A stretch of DNA of 64,000 nt from assembly GCA_035292445.1 (NCBI GenBank), contig DATDQB010000017.1, positions 55,051-119,050 on the forward strand, written 5' to 3'. Made by a program: the position numbers and the translations under genes. Source of the stretch: Candidatus Omnitrophota bacterium (GTDB lineage: Bacteria > Omnitrophota > Gorgyraeia > Zapsychrales > Zapsychraceae). Positions 7,861 to 18,001 of the stretch are shown in pieces (positions within the stretch are counted from its first letter, which is position 1; each line of letters begins with the position of its first letter). The notes beneath the pieces were generated by a model, which was not told the DNA's origin, did no database searches, and saw only the letters and a program-made list of their open reading frames with translations.

Positions 7861-9078
7861 ATGCAACTAGCCCAAAGACGAAAAACATCAGCCGTTAAAA
7901 TCGGCCCTGTTTCTATCGGGAGCGCCTATCCGGTCGTGATCCAATCCATGACCGACACGCCAACGGCTGACATCGAAAAGACGCTTGCCCAAACGATCGA
8001 ACTCGTTGAGGCCGGAAGCGAGCTGGTGCGCTGGACCGTTAACGATGATGAGGCGGCCCAAGCCGTGCCGGAGATCATCAAGCGCTTAAATGACAAAGGC
8101 TACCAAACGCCGATCATCGGCGATTTTCATTTTAACGGCCACACGCTGTTACGCAAACATCCTGGCTGCGCCAAGGCGCTTTCCAAATACCGGATCAATC
8201 CCGGCAACGTGGGCAAGGGCCAACGGCATGATGACAATTTTACGCAGATCGTTAAAGTCGCCATTGATAACGACAAGCCGGTGCGCATCGGCGTCAACTG
8301 GGGTTCGCTGGACCAGGAACTTCTAACGCTCTTGATGGATGAAAACGCCAAACGGGATGAACCCAGCGATTTTAAAGAAGTCACCTACGATGCCATGGTC
8401 TTAAGCGCTTTGACCAGTGCGAAACTGGCGGAGAAGACCGGATTGCCGCACGATAAGATCATTTTAAGCGTGAAGATGTCGATCCTGCAGGATATGGTGA
8501 CCGTGTACGCGCGCCTCGCCAAACTGTGCAAGTATCCGCTTCATTTGGGATTGACGGAGGCCGGTTCCGAAGTACAGGGGATATCATCGAGTGCCGCCGC
8601 GCTTTCGATTTTACTGCAACAGGGGATCGGGGACACGATCCGCGTGTCGCTCACGCCGCAACCGAATGTCCCGCGCTCCAAAGAAGTCGACGTGTGCAAA
8701 AATATTCTACAATCGTTAGGCTTGCGATATTTCAAGCCGAGTGTCACCAGCTGTCCGGGCTGCGGGCGTACCTCCAGCAATTATTTCCAGATCCTCGCGC
8801 AGGAGATCAATGACCATATCGTACACAAAATGCCGGTGTGGAAAAAGAAACACCCCGGCGTTGAAAGATTGAAGATCGCGGTCATGGGTTGTGTGGTGAA
8901 CGGTCCCGGAGAGAGCCGCCATGCCGACATCGGCATCAGTTTACCCGGCGCTAGCGAGAAACCCATCGCGCCAGTTTATGTGGACGGCAAAGAAAAAATC
9001 ACCCTCAAAGGCGAGCGGATCAAGGAAGAGTTTATTGATATTTTAGAAAATTACATCAAAGAAAAGTGCGCAAAATGA
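7861..9078 (+). CDS. ispG: (E)-4-hydroxy-3-methylbut-2-enyl-diphosphate synthase
   Basis: [43 protein letters not shown]. Confidence 0.97.
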   Translation: MQLAQRRKTSAVKIGPVSIGSAYPVVIQSMTDTPTADIEKTLAQTIELVEAGSELVRWTVNDDEAAQAVPEIIKRLNDKGYQTPIIGDFHFNGHTLLRKHPGCAKALSKYRINPGNVGKGQRHDDNFTQIVKVAIDNDKPVRIGVNWGSLDQELLTLLMDENAKRDEPSDFKEVTYDAMVLSALTSAKLAEKTGLPHDKIILSVKMSILQDMVTVYARLAKLCKYPLHLGLTEAGSEVQGISSSAAALSILLQQGIGDTIRVSLTPQPNVPRSKEVDVCKNILQSLGLRYFKPSVTSCPGCGRTSSNYFQILAQEINDHIVHKMPVWKKKHPGVERLKIAVMGCVVNGPGESRHADIGISLPGASEKPIAPVYVDGKEKITLKGERIKEEFIDILENYIKEKCAK

Positions 9079-9221
9079 AAAACATAATTTTGCTGATTAT
9101 CCTATCAATCTTTCTTGCTGGCTGTGAAACCGTGAAGGGGCTCGGGAAGGATTTAACCAACACGGGAGAGAACCTGGAGGAAGTGGGGGAAAAGATCAGG
9201 GCCTCGGAAGCTGAAAAATAA
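9075..9221 (+). CDS. Small entericidin EcnA/B-like lipoprotein, 48 aa (absent from the ORF track)
   Basis: [48 protein letters not shown]; LAGC lipobox and CxTxxGxGKD pattern; ATG overlaps the ispG TGA. Confidence 0.85.
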   Translation: MKNIILLIILSIFLAGCETVKGLGKDLTNTGENLEEVGEKIRASEAEK

Positions 9222-9222
9222 A

Positions 9223-9278
9223 GGGTATCAGGACATCGGGTTTCCCTGATATCCTGATCCTCCGATCCCCTGATAACC
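9223..9278. repeat. Inverted array with 8-bp period between convergent genes
   Basis: gggtatca ggacatcg ... ccctgata tcctgatc ctccgatc ccctgata. Confidence 0.65.
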
Positions 9279-9770
9279 TTAATTTAATTCTTTTAACACG
9301 GTTAAGACTTCCGCCGTGTGGTCTTGAGGCTTGACCTTCTCAAAAATCTTCGCGATCTTGCCCGTTTTATCAATAATGAACGTCGTGCGCGCAACCCCCA
9401 TATAATCCCGCCCGTACATACTTTTCTTCGCCCACACGCCGTAATCCCGGCAAAGTTTTTTCTCCTCATCGGCTAAAAGCAGGAAAGGAAGCTTGAATTT
9501 TTCGATGAACTTCTCATGGCTTTTGACGCCGTCGGGGCTTACCCCTAAGACAACCGCGTTTTTACCTTCCATGGATTTGATCTCATCCCTGAACCCGCAG
9601 GCTTCCACCGTGCAGCCGGGGGTGTCGTCTTTCGGATAAAAATACAAAACAATGTTGCGGCCGCTGAAGTCATTTAAGGAAACGGTCTTGCCGTTTGAGG
9701 CGAGCAGGTTGATGGCGGGGGCCTTGTCGCCGACTTTAAGTAAGGGCGGGGTCACCCCGCCTCTACTCAT
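9279..9770 (-). CDS. bcp: Thioredoxin-dependent thiol peroxidase (Bcp/PrxQ)
   Basis: YFYPKDDTPGCTVEACGFRD; a GGAG RBS favours the start at 9770. Confidence 0.93.
   Translation of the reverse strand: MSRGGVTPPLLKVGDKAPAINLLASNGKTVSLNDFSGRNIVLYFYPKDDTPGCTVEACGFRDEIKSMEGKNAVVLGVSPDGVKSHEKFIEKFKLPFLLLADEEKKLCRDYGVWAKKSMYGRDYMGVARTTFIIDKTGKIAKIFEKVKPQDHTAEVLTVLKELN
9740..9766 (-). repeat. Single GTAG-type REP inside the bcp 5' end
   Basis: GTAGAGGCGGGGTGACCCCGCCCTTAC (27 nt) on the minus strand. Confidence 0.7.
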
Positions 9771-10230
9771 AGGGGCTCCATATTTTTGTTTTCGGATCAT
9801 AGATTTCTTTTTTAATCTTTTCTTTGGGCAAGCCGTCTTCCAGCGGCCACGCCGTTACTTCGACCTTATTGCCGTCAATGTCAAAAAAATAGAGCGACCA
9901 GGACTTGGAGCGTTTTTTAGCGAAACCGATCTTCGTATTATTGTCTTCCAAACGCTTGATCATCGGGTCAAAATCCTTGGCGTGGACCTGAAAAGAGAAG
10001 TGATTGGCGCCTAGGCCTTCGTCCTTGAAAAGATGGACGTCATTGGTGTTATCCGCCTGGATGATGCCGATCAAAGCGCGCGGACCGCAATCAAGGAAAA
10101 CCTCGATGCCCGGTTTCGATGGCTCGCGCTCGGTGATCTTTAAGCCGACAACTTTCGTATAAAACTCGACCGACTTATTGATGTCGCGCACGTTGATGGC
10201 AACGTGGTCAATTCCTTTAATTTCAATCAT
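9763..10230 (-). CDS. VOC/glyoxalase family protein
   Basis: IDHVAINVRD...FYTKVVG, NHFSF, YFFDIDGNKVE. Confidence 0.88.
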   Translation of the reverse strand: MIEIKGIDHVAINVRDINKSVEFYTKVVGLKITEREPSKPGIEVFLDCGPRALIGIIQADNTNDVHLFKDEGLGANHFSFQVHAKDFDPMIKRLEDNNTKIGFAKKRSKSWSLYFFDIDGNKVEVTAWPLEDGLPKEKIKKEIYDPKTKIWSPYE

Positions 10231-10256
10231 GTAAATACCCCTTTAAATGACATCTT

Positions 10257-10348
10257 AGTCATAAGTTATAAGTCGTAAGGAGTAAGTATTCTGCCCGTCA
10301 TAACGCTGTTTTATCCTTACCGCTTACAACTTACTACTTATAACTTAA
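10257..10348. repeat. Inverted heptamer array (AGNNNTA/CTTACNA family)
   Basis: agtcata agttata agtcgta aggagta ... cttaccg cttacaa cttacta cttataa; the right arm overlaps the PHP gene stop. Confidence 0.85.
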
Positions 10349-11141
10349 CAGTTCGTTCTATTTTCCTATTCTTAAATAATACATACTCTGCGTACCCGGC
10401 TTCCTTGGCCAGCGCGACGGCCGCTTCAAAATCCGCGCCGACATGCTCCGGCTGGTGGGCATCAGATCCAAAGGTAAGAGGGACGCCGGCTTTTCGATAA
10501 ATTTTAAGGAAGTTGAGCGCCGGATACATTTCTTTGCAGGTTTTGCGCAGCCCCGAGGTATTGATCTCGACCGCCACCCCGCATTCTTTGAACGTCTGGG
10601 CGGTTTTCTTGACCTCATCGCTCATGTCTTGGCTGGCCCGGTGGCCGAATTTCTTGACCAGGTCCACGTGGCCCATGATGTCGAACATTTTCGAGCGGGC
10701 GCTCTGGCGCAGCAGGTCAAAATAGTCGCGGTACACCTGGTTCACGTCTTGTTCATCCCACGCCTTGCGCTGCGCCGGGTCATCGAAGCCCCAATCCTTG
10801 ATAAAGTGCACGGAACCGATGACGTAATCATAGGGGTAGTCATCCAGGATCTTTTTCGTTTTATCTTCGTAACCGGGGATAAAATCCGCTTCGATGGCGA
10901 CTTTGATGCGCAATTCATTTTTATACAACGTGCAGACTTCTTCGATCATGCGGTAATACGAAGGCAGCTGCTCCATGCCCATCGTGATCCCAGGATCACG
11001 CATGTGAACAAAAGGGGCATGGTCGGAAAAACCGATCTCCTGCAATCCAACTTTAATGGCCTGCTTGGCGTACTCTTTGGGCTCGCCGGTGGCGTGGCCG
11101 CAAAGGGGCGTGTGCATGTGATAATCACAAATGGGTTTCAT
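10338..11141 (-). CDS. PHP-family histidinol-phosphatase (HisJ/HisK type)
   Basis: DYHMHT.LCGHA, FSDHAP, DYVIGSVH, GHVDL, EINTSG, GSDAH. Confidence 0.88.
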   Translation of the reverse strand: MKPICDYHMHTPLCGHATGEPKEYAKQAIKVGLQEIGFSDHAPFVHMRDPGITMGMEQLPSYYRMIEEVCTLYKNELRIKVAIEADFIPGYEDKTKKILDDYPYDYVIGSVHFIKDWGFDDPAQRKAWDEQDVNQVYRDYFDLLRQSARSKMFDIMGHVDLVKKFGHRASQDMSDEVKKTAQTFKECGVAVEINTSGLRKTCKEMYPALNFLKIYRKAGVPLTFGSDAHQPEHVGADFEAAVALAKEAGYAEYVLFKNRKIERTVKL

Positions 11142-12823
11142 CGAAGTTGCTCGTTGATGATTTCGTTTATCTTATCTTGTGCAGATTGATTCCGCGGCTC
11201 CAAGCTCAACACCTTCTTGAAATCTTCCAGCGCTTTGGGATAATTTTTCATCGCGTAATAGCACATCCCGCGGTTGACGTAGGCGTTGGCATACGAATCG
11301 TTTGATTCCAGCGCTTTGGTGTAATCTTTAAGCGCCAGATCATACATCCCGGACATCAAGTACTGATTGGCGCGGTTATTATACGCCTCAAAATGCTGGG
11401 GGTTGTGTTCGATCGCTTTGGAATAATACCTGATGGAGCCGGTTCTGTCAAATTTTAGTGCCAGAATATTGGCCAACTTAAAATAGCCATCGGCCAAATC
11501 CGGCTGCACCTCGATCATCTTCATGAAATAAACCATGGCCTCATCGAAGCGATGCTGCTCTTCCAGATAAACCCCCATGTTATTATAGGCCAGGTAGGCG
11601 TTCGGGAAAAACCGGATCACGTTGCTCCATAAACAACCACTATTTTGCCAAATCCTGGTCTGCTGGTGACTGAGCCTGACAAGCGCCCCCAGCCAAATGA
11701 TAAAGATAAAAATAATGAGGCCCTTTAACCAGTAAATATTTTTTTGCATTCCCCGCTGAAGCGCGTAGGCGATCAGGATAAAGAACCCCAGCGACGGCAA
11801 ATACATGAACCTTTCATAAATGATGGAATCGTTCATCTGAAACAGATGCAGCACCGGCCAAATGGTAAAGGCATAAAAGAGAAAACAAAACTTCACCAAA
11901 GCCGAGCGGCGGAACGTGACCGCAATCAAAACCGCCCCCAAAACGATCAATAAAACGGATAAAATCACGATCGTCCAGGTGATTGTCGGCGCGTAATAGC
12001 AGGTGAGAGGATACGGAATGACAACCTTAATGATGTACATAACAAACGCCAGGGCGGAATACAAAACCCGTTCCCAAAACGGATACATGGCCGTATTGGG
12101 AAACGCCTCGACTTGGCCGATGATCCTTAACGTAAAGATCCCGTGAAGAAAAGCAATCAGGAAAAACGGCCATTTTTCGATGACGGAACTTCTGCGGAAG
12201 CCTTTTTCCCTATAATAATCAATGGCGATCAACACGAGCCCAAAGGTAACAGCCGTGGCTTTGGACAATAAAGAAAGAATGAAGCATACATAAGTCAACG
12301 GTTTGGCATATCTGGCGGCTGGCGTCTTGGAAAGAGATTGGAGATAGCTCATCAACCCTAAAAGGTAAAAAAACATAAAAAGCACGTCTTTGCGGGAGCT
12401 GATCCACGCCACAGGCTCGACCTGCAACGGATGGACCCCGAATAACAAAGCCGCCATCAAGGCAATTTCTGCGTTGGCCAGCAAGATCCGGACAAAAACA
12501 AAGACCAAAAGGGTGTTAAGAATATGCAGCGCCATGTTCGTCGCATGGTACGCCTTGGGGTTGAGCCCGAAGAACCGATATTCCAGCGCATAACTTAGCA
12601 TCGTTAACGGATGATATTTACCGGTCAAATTTGTCGTAAATATTTTTTTTACATGCTGCGGCGACAGGCTGCGGATGGCTTCATTCTCGAGGACATATTC
12701 GTTATCGTCCCAATTGACAAAATCGTTATTGAGGGCGGGATAAAAGCAAAAAAACGTCGCTATCAGGATAATCAGCAACAGAAAAAGTTCACGGGTTCTT
12801 GAGGAATACGGGAGAGCCGGCAT
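11138..12823 (-). CDS. TMTC-like multi-pass membrane glycosyltransferase (GT-C) with C-terminal TPRs
   Basis: FVNWDD, YHPLT, HPLQVEPVAWISSRKDVL, ERFMYLPS, many TM segments, then TPR repeats. Confidence 0.8.
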   Translation of the reverse strand: MPALPYSSRTRELFLLLIILIATFFCFYPALNNDFVNWDDNEYVLENEAIRSLSPQHVKKIFTTNLTGKYHPLTMLSYALEYRFFGLNPKAYHATNMALHILNTLLVFVFVRILLANAEIALMAALLFGVHPLQVEPVAWISSRKDVLFMFFYLLGLMSYLQSLSKTPAARYAKPLTYVCFILSLLSKATAVTFGLVLIAIDYYREKGFRRSSVIEKWPFFLIAFLHGIFTLRIIGQVEAFPNTAMYPFWERVLYSALAFVMYIIKVVIPYPLTCYYAPTITWTIVILSVLLIVLGAVLIAVTFRRSALVKFCFLFYAFTIWPVLHLFQMNDSIIYERFMYLPSLGFFILIAYALQRGMQKNIYWLKGLIIFIFIIWLGALVRLSHQQTRIWQNSGCLWSNVIRFFPNAYLAYNNMGVYLEEQHRFDEAMVYFMKMIEVQPDLADGYFKLANILALKFDRTGSIRYYSKAIEHNPQHFEAYNNRANQYLMSGMYDLALKDYTKALESNDSYANAYVNRGMCYYAMKNYPKALEDFKKVLSLEPRNQSAQDKINEIINEQLR

Positions 12824-12887
12824 TGCCCATGATTATAACATATCACCATTTCAATAAATATAACCATTTCATCCCTTTTTAGGACAA

Positions 12888-12916
12888 TTGACACCTCCGG
12901 GCGGCTATGTTATCAT
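12888..12916 (+). promoter_or_regulatory. Sigma70 promoter for the SDR-folB-folK operon
   Basis: TTGACA-17-TATCAT with TGn extension. Confidence 0.65.
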
Positions 12917-12948
12917 GCCGCTTACTCGAAACAACCGACACCCTCAAA

Positions 12949-13674
12949 ATGACTCAACCATCAAAACCAACGGTACTGATAACAGGCGGCGCCAAGCGCA
13001 TCGGCAAGGCGATCTGCCTGGCCTTGGCCAAGGCGGGCTATAAAATCGCCCTTCACTACCAGCATTCCCACCAGGAAGCCTTGGGAGTACTGAAACAAAT
13101 CAAGAAAAACAAAGGCCAATGCGAGCTGTTTGCCTGTGATCTGTCCAAGGACCGGGCAACGGGACAGCTCATCAAAATGGTCAAAAAAACCTGCCCGGAC
13201 CTAAGCATCCTCGTTAACAACGCGTCCATCTTTGAAAAATCAAATATAAGATCGGCATCATTAGCCTCGCTGAACAAACATTTCGATATCAATTTCAAAG
13301 CGCCGTTTATCTTAACGCAGGAATTCACGAAGGCCTGCCGGAATGGATTGATCATCAACATCCTGGACACCAACATTGTCAGAAACACCGGCCATCATGC
13401 AACGTATCTTTTATCAAAAAAAGCGTTGGCCGAGTTGACCAAAATGAGCGCCGTTGAGTTAGCCCCGTCCATCCGCGTGAATGCGGTTGCGCCGGGATTG
13501 ATCCTCCCGCCTGAAGGCGAAACAGCGGCTTATTTAGACCGAAGGGTCAAAGCCATCCCTTTAAAAAGAAAAGGCGATGCAGCGCAAATCGCCCAAACGG
13601 TCTTGTTTCTCATCGAAAACCCTTACGTAACCGGGCAGATTATTTTCAATGATGGGGGGGAGCACTTGATTTAG
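12949..13674 (+). CDS. Pteridine reductase/FolM-like SDR
   Basis: TGGAKRIG, LVNNASIF, YLLSK, VNAVAPG; adjacent to folB/folK. Start chosen downstream of the promoter. Confidence 0.82.
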   Translation: MTQPSKPTVLITGGAKRIGKAICLALAKAGYKIALHYQHSHQEALGVLKQIKKNKGQCELFACDLSKDRATGQLIKMVKKTCPDLSILVNNASIFEKSNIRSASLASLNKHFDINFKAPFILTQEFTKACRNGLIINILDTNIVRNTGHHATYLLSKKALAELTKMSAVELAPSIRVNAVAPGLILPPEGETAAYLDRRVKAIPLKRKGDAAQIAQTVLFLIENPYVTGQIIFNDGGEHLI

Positions 13675-13737
13675 TTCTAAGCCATAAGCCTTAAGCTGTA
13701 AGCTTACGGCTTACAACTTACGACTTACAACTAACAA
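13673..13737. repeat. Inverted heptamer array (AGNNNTA/CTTACNA family)
   Basis: agttcta agccata agcctta agctgta ag|cttacgg cttacaa cttacga cttacaa ctaacaa. Confidence 0.9.
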
Positions 13738-13747
13738 TTCAATTAAC

Positions 13748-14101
13748 ATGGCTATTATAAGAATTACTAATCTGAAATTACGCTCGATCATCGGCATCAA
13801 CGATTGGGAACGCAAGAAGAAACAGCGGGTGGTCATCAACATCGCCATCCGTTTCAATGCCGCCAAGTCCAGCCAAAGCGACGGGATCGGCGATACCATT
13901 GACTATAAATCCATTACCAAGAGGATTATTAAAAAAGTCACTGGCTCCCGTTATTACTTATTAGAGAAACTTTGCCAAAAGGTCCTGGATATCATCATGG
14001 AGCATAAAATGGTCAAAGAAGCCCTTGTCCGCATTGACAAGCCGGGGGCGCTTCGCTTCGCCGATTCCGTTTCGGTCGAGCTGAGCGCGAAAAGACGATG
14101 A
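13748..14101 (+). CDS. folB: Dihydroneopterin aldolase/epimerase (FolB/FolX family)
   Basis: IIGINDWER..KQ, TIDY, LLEKL, KPGAL. Confidence 0.85.
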   Translation: MAIIRITNLKLRSIIGINDWERKKKQRVVINIAIRFNAAKSSQSDGIGDTIDYKSITKRIIKKVTGSRYYLLEKLCQKVLDIIMEHKMVKEALVRIDKPGALRFADSVSVELSAKRR

Positions 14102-14481
14102 ACACAGCGGTTATCGGGATCGGCTCCAACATCAGCCCCCAAAAAAACGTCAAGAAAGCAAAGAATCTCCTGGCACAGACATTCCATGTCCTCAAAGAAT
14201 CCGCCTTCATCCAGACCAAACCCGTCGGTTACACGGATCAGGGCGATTTTATCAACGGGTCGGTGTATATTGAAACGGCCCTGCCCATAGAAAAACTGAG
14301 CCAGAAAATGAAAAAACTGGAAAAACAGTTAGGCCGCAGCGCCTCTCCCATCAAATACGGCCCGCGCACGATCGATCTGGATATTGTCGTTTTTAACGGG
14401 GAAGTGGTGGACCATGATTTCTACGAAAGGGATTTCCTTAAAAACGCCGTTTTGGAGTTGATTCCCGACCTTCGATATTAA
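14098..14481 (+). CDS. folK: HPPK (6-hydroxymethyl-dihydropterin pyrophosphokinase), copy 1
   Basis: IGIGSN, FING, GPRTIDLDI. Confidence 0.9.
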   Translation: MNTAVIGIGSNISPQKNVKKAKNLLAQTFHVLKESAFIQTKPVGYTDQGDFINGSVYIETALPIEKLSQKMKKLEKQLGRSASPIKYGPRTIDLDIVVFNGEVVDHDFYERDFLKNAVLELIPDLRY

Positions 14482-14509
14482 AATCTCTCTCAACGGGCCG
14501 AATTTTTAC

Positions 14510-14537
14510 TTGCAAAACCTTAAACCCTTGCTATTAT
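14510..14537 (+). promoter_or_regulatory. Promoter 6 nt upstream of the fabG ATG (likely leaderless mRNA)
   Basis: TTGCAA-16-TATTAT with TGn; no SD sequence. Confidence 0.6.
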
Positions 14538-14543
14538 ATCCAC

Positions 14544-15284
14544 ATGAAATTTAAAGACAAAATCGCCCTCGTCACCGGCTCCACTCGCGGCATCGGTAAA
14601 GAGATCGCTTCCGCCTTCGCGCAAGAAGGGGCTACCACCATTATTATGGGCCGCAATGCCGATACCGCTCAATCAACCCATAAAGAACTCGTCAAAAAGG
14701 GGCTGAAAGCCGATAGCTTTGCCTGTGATGTTACAAACCCGCAAAATGTGCAGGAAATCGTTCAAAAAATTATTGACAAATATAAGAGGGTTGATATATT
14801 AGTAAACAACGCCGGCATTACCAAAGACAATTTACTCTTTCGGATGAGCGATGCAGACTGGGATGAAGTCATGAGCGTGAACCTGAAAGGGGTTTTTAAT
14901 TGCACCAAAGCTGTATTAAAGGTAATGCTTAAAGCCAAAACGGGCAGGATCATTAACATATCTTCGATCATTGGAATTATCGGGAATGTCGGTCAGGCCA
15001 ATTATGCGGCCAGTAAAGCAGGGATCATCGGCTTTACCAAATCGATTGCGCTGGAGATGGCCTCGCGGGGCATCACGGTCAATGCCATCGCACCAGGCTA
15101 CATCGAAACCGATATGACCGCCCAACTTAAAGACACGACCCGTGAAGCGTTACTGAAAGGTATCCCGCTGGGACGTTTTGGGAGTGCCCGCGATATCGCC
15201 GGGGCGTGCTTATTCTTAGCTTCAGACGAAGCAAACTATATAACAGGACAGACAATCGTCGTTGATGGTGGGATGGCGGTTTAA
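14544..15284 (+). CDS. fabG: 3-oxoacyl-ACP reductase
   Basis: TGSTRGIG, NNAGITKD, GQANYAASKAG; upstream of acpP-fabF. Confidence 0.95.
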   Translation: MKFKDKIALVTGSTRGIGKEIASAFAQEGATTIIMGRNADTAQSTHKELVKKGLKADSFACDVTNPQNVQEIVQKIIDKYKRVDILVNNAGITKDNLLFRMSDADWDEVMSVNLKGVFNCTKAVLKVMLKAKTGRIINISSIIGIIGNVGQANYAASKAGIIGFTKSIALEMASRGITVNAIAPGYIETDMTAQLKDTTREALLKGIPLGRFGSARDIAGACLFLASDEANYITGQTIVVDGGMAV

Positions 15285-15308
15285 AGCTCTTCTTACAAAG
15301 GAGGAACA

Positions 15309-15548
15309 ATGGCAGTCGAAGAAAAAATTAAGTCAATCATCGCGGAGCAATTAGGGGTTAAGCCGGAAGAAGTCGTTCCGGATGCTTCATTTATCGATGA
15401 TTTAGGAGCTGACTCTCTCGATACGGTGGAACTCATTATGGCGTTAGAAGAAGAATTCGGCATTGAAATTCCCGATGAAGACGCGGAAAAAATGACTACC
15501 GTCGGTGATGCCGTCAAGTATATCGAAGAGAAAACAGCGAATAAGTAA
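15309..15548 (+). CDS. acpP: Acyl carrier protein
   Basis: [20 protein letters not shown]; GAGG RBS; read directly from the DNA. Confidence 0.97.
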   Translation: MAVEEKIKSIIAEQLGVKPEEVVPDASFIDDLGADSLDTVELIMALEEEFGIEIPDEDAEKMTTVGDAVKYIEEKTANK

Positions 15549-15580
15549 ATACCATTGATCGTTAAACACCGACATTTTAA

Positions 15581-15608
15581 AATGCCTCGGCTTACTTGCC
15601 GAGGCATT
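15581..15608 (+). terminator. Hairpin after acpP (terminator or mRNA stabiliser)
   Basis: aatgcctcggc-ttactt-gccgaggcatt, 11-bp perfect stem. Confidence 0.6.
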
Positions 15609-15621
15609 CTATTATAGAGAT

Positions 15622-16866
15622 ATGGAAAAAAAACGCATTGTTATAACTGGCATGGGTGTTGTTTCTCCCGTTGGGACCGGTGTGCCCAAATACTGGAAAA
15701 GTTTGTGCGAAGGCAAAAGCGGTGTCCGGCGGATCACCACTTTTGATCCCAGCGCCTTTGATTCCCAAATTGCGGGAGAAGCCAGCGATTTCGATTCCCT
15801 GGACCACTTCAACAGCAAAGAGGCCCGCATTCTGGCCAAGTTTGTCCAATTTGCGATCGTGGCCTCCGATGAAGCCGTTAAACAAGCCCGGTTGGATCTT
15901 CAGAAGCTCGATTTGGACCGCATTGGCGTGCTCATCGGCTCTGGGATCGGCAGCATTGAAACTATTGAAGAAGAGCATACTAAATATCTGGAGAAGGGGC
16001 CCAGCCGCATTACCCCGCATTTCATCCCGAAGATCATTATTAATGAAGCCGCCGGCCATGTTTCTATCCGTACCGGCGCCCGCGGGCCGGCCACATGTGT
16101 CGCCACCGCCTGTTCAACGGCCACGAACGCGATAGGCGATGCCATGCGCTTTATCCAATATGGCGATGCGGACGTGATGATCGCCGGAGGGACGGAAAGC
16201 GCCACAACACCTTTGGGTGTTGGCGGGTTCTGCGCTTTAAAAGCATTATCCAAACGAAATGACGCGCCGGAAAAAGCTTCCCGCCCGTTTGAGCTTCATC
16301 GTGATGGTTTTGTGATGGGGGAAGGCGCCGGGGTTGTGATTGTGGAAGAACTCAATCATGCCAAAAGACGCGGCGCAAAAATCCTGGCTGAATTGGTCGG
16401 CTATGGCCGCACTTCCGATGCGTTTCATATCACGGCGCCCGAATCAAGCGGCGCGGGAGCGACCAAAGCCATGGAGCTGGCCCTTCGCGATGCCAAACTT
16501 CAACCCAAAGATATCACGTACATTAATGCGCACGGCACCTCAACCTACCTCAATGACAAAGTGGAAACCATGGCCATCAAAAAAGTGTTTGGCGAATACG
16601 CGAAAAAAGTTCCCGTTAGTTCGACCAAATCCATGACCGGCCATCTTTTAGGAGCGGCCGGAGGCGTTGAACTCATCGCCTGCATTGGCGCGATCCTCGA
16701 TCAGATTGTTCCTCCAACCATCAATTATGAAACCCCGGACCCCGAATGCGATCTGGATTACGTGCCCAATACGGCGCGAAAAGTTCATGTCGATGCTTGC
16801 ATGTCCAATTCGCTGGGATTCGGCGGGCATAATGCCACGGTGGTCGTCAAGAAATTCAAAGAATAA
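15622..16866 (+). CDS. fabF: 3-oxoacyl-ACP synthase II
   Basis: TACST, INAHGTST, TGHLLGAAG, NSLGFGGHN. Confidence 0.96.
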   Translation: MEKKRIVITGMGVVSPVGTGVPKYWKSLCEGKSGVRRITTFDPSAFDSQIAGEASDFDSLDHFNSKEARILAKFVQFAIVASDEAVKQARLDLQKLDLDRIGVLIGSGIGSIETIEEEHTKYLEKGPSRITPHFIPKIIINEAAGHVSIRTGARGPATCVATACSTATNAIGDAMRFIQYGDADVMIAGGTESATTPLGVGGFCALKALSKRNDAPEKASRPFELHRDGFVMGEGAGVVIVEELNHAKRRGAKILAELVGYGRTSDAFHITAPESSGAGATKAMELALRDAKLQPKDITYINAHGTSTYLNDKVETMAIKKVFGEYAKKVPVSSTKSMTGHLLGAAGGVELIACIGAILDQIVPPTINYETPDPECDLDYVPNTARKVHVDACMSNSLGFGGHNATVVVKKFKE

Positions 16867-16890
16867 TCGAGAATGCCATTAAGAAAATAC

Positions 16891-16918
16891 TTGGGAAACG
16901 CGCAAGCTATGGTATAAT
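16891..16918 (+). promoter_or_regulatory. Promoter upstream of leuB
   Basis: TTGGGA-16-TATAAT with TGn. Confidence 0.5.
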
Positions 16919-16947
16919 TTCCCTAATTCTTTTACACGAGGAAAATT

Positions 16948-18000
16948 ATGAAAACTTATAAATTAGCTGTTATCCCCGGAGACGGAACAGGCCCGGAAGT
17001 TATCAACGAAGGGCTTAAAGCCCTTTCAGCCATTGCGCAAAAATGCGGTTTCAAATACGCGTTAACCTCCTTTGATTTCGGCGGTGAAAGATACCTGCGC
17101 ACCAAAGAGGCCTTGCCCAAATCGGCGATCAAGGACCTTCAAAAATTCGACGCCATTTATTTGGGCGCAATCGGACACCCGGATGTCAAGCCGGGGATAT
17201 TAGAGAAGGGGATCCTTTTGACGATCCGTTTTGAGTTGGACCAATACATCAATTTACGCCCCGTGCAACTTTTTGACGAACGTTTCTGCCCGCTTAAGAA
17301 CAAAAAACCCGAAGATATTGATTTTATCGTTGTCCGGGAAAATTCGGAAGGCTTATATAAAGGTATCGGGGAATTCAAGGATAAGGGCACCAAAAATGAG
17401 ATCGCCCTGCAGGTTTCCCACAACACCCACAAAGGTGTCGAACGTTGTTTGCGTTATGCTTTTGAGGTCGCCCAAAAACGAAAAAGAAAACAACTGACAC
17501 TGTGCGGAAAAACCAACGTCTTAACGTATGCGTTCGATCTCTGGGAAAGAACGTTCCACGAAGTGGCCAAAGATTACCCAAGCGTCAAAACGGATTACGC
17601 CCATGTTGATGCAACCACCATGTGGTTCGTCAAAAACCCTGAATGGTTCGATGTGATCGTTACCGACAACATGTTCGGTGACATCATCACGGATCTGGGG
17701 GCCATGATCCAGGGAGGAATGGGGATCGCTGCCGGGGGAAACATCAACCCCAAAGGCGTTTCCATGTTCGAGCCCATCGGCGGTTCGGCCCCGAAATACA
17801 CGGGCAAAAACGTCATCAATCCGTTGGCCGCGATCTGCGCTTTAGCCATGCTCCTTGACCAGCTGGGAGAAAGCAAAGCTGCCAAATTAATTGAAGATTC
17901 CGTCAAAACAGTCGTTCGCACCAAACTGAAGGATCTGGCTGCCGGTAAAATGGGGTATTCAACAACTGAAGTCGGCGACTTAGTAGTAAAAAACTTGTAG
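16948..18000 (+). CDS. leuB: 3-isopropylmalate dehydrogenase
   Basis: [38 protein letters not shown]. Confidence 0.9.
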   Translation: MKTYKLAVIPGDGTGPEVINEGLKALSAIAQKCGFKYALTSFDFGGERYLRTKEALPKSAIKDLQKFDAIYLGAIGHPDVKPGILEKGILLTIRFELDQYINLRPVQLFDERFCPLKNKKPEDIDFIVVRENSEGLYKGIGEFKDKGTKNEIALQVSHNTHKGVERCLRYAFEVAQKRKRKQLTLCGKTNVLTYAFDLWERTFHEVAKDYPSVKTDYAHVDATTMWFVKNPEWFDVIVTDNMFGDIITDLGAMIQGGMGIAAGGNINPKGVSMFEPIGGSAPKYTGKNVINPLAAICALAMLLDQLGESKAAKLIEDSVKTVVRTKLKDLAAGKMGYSTTEVGDLVVKNL

Positions 18001-18001
18001 T

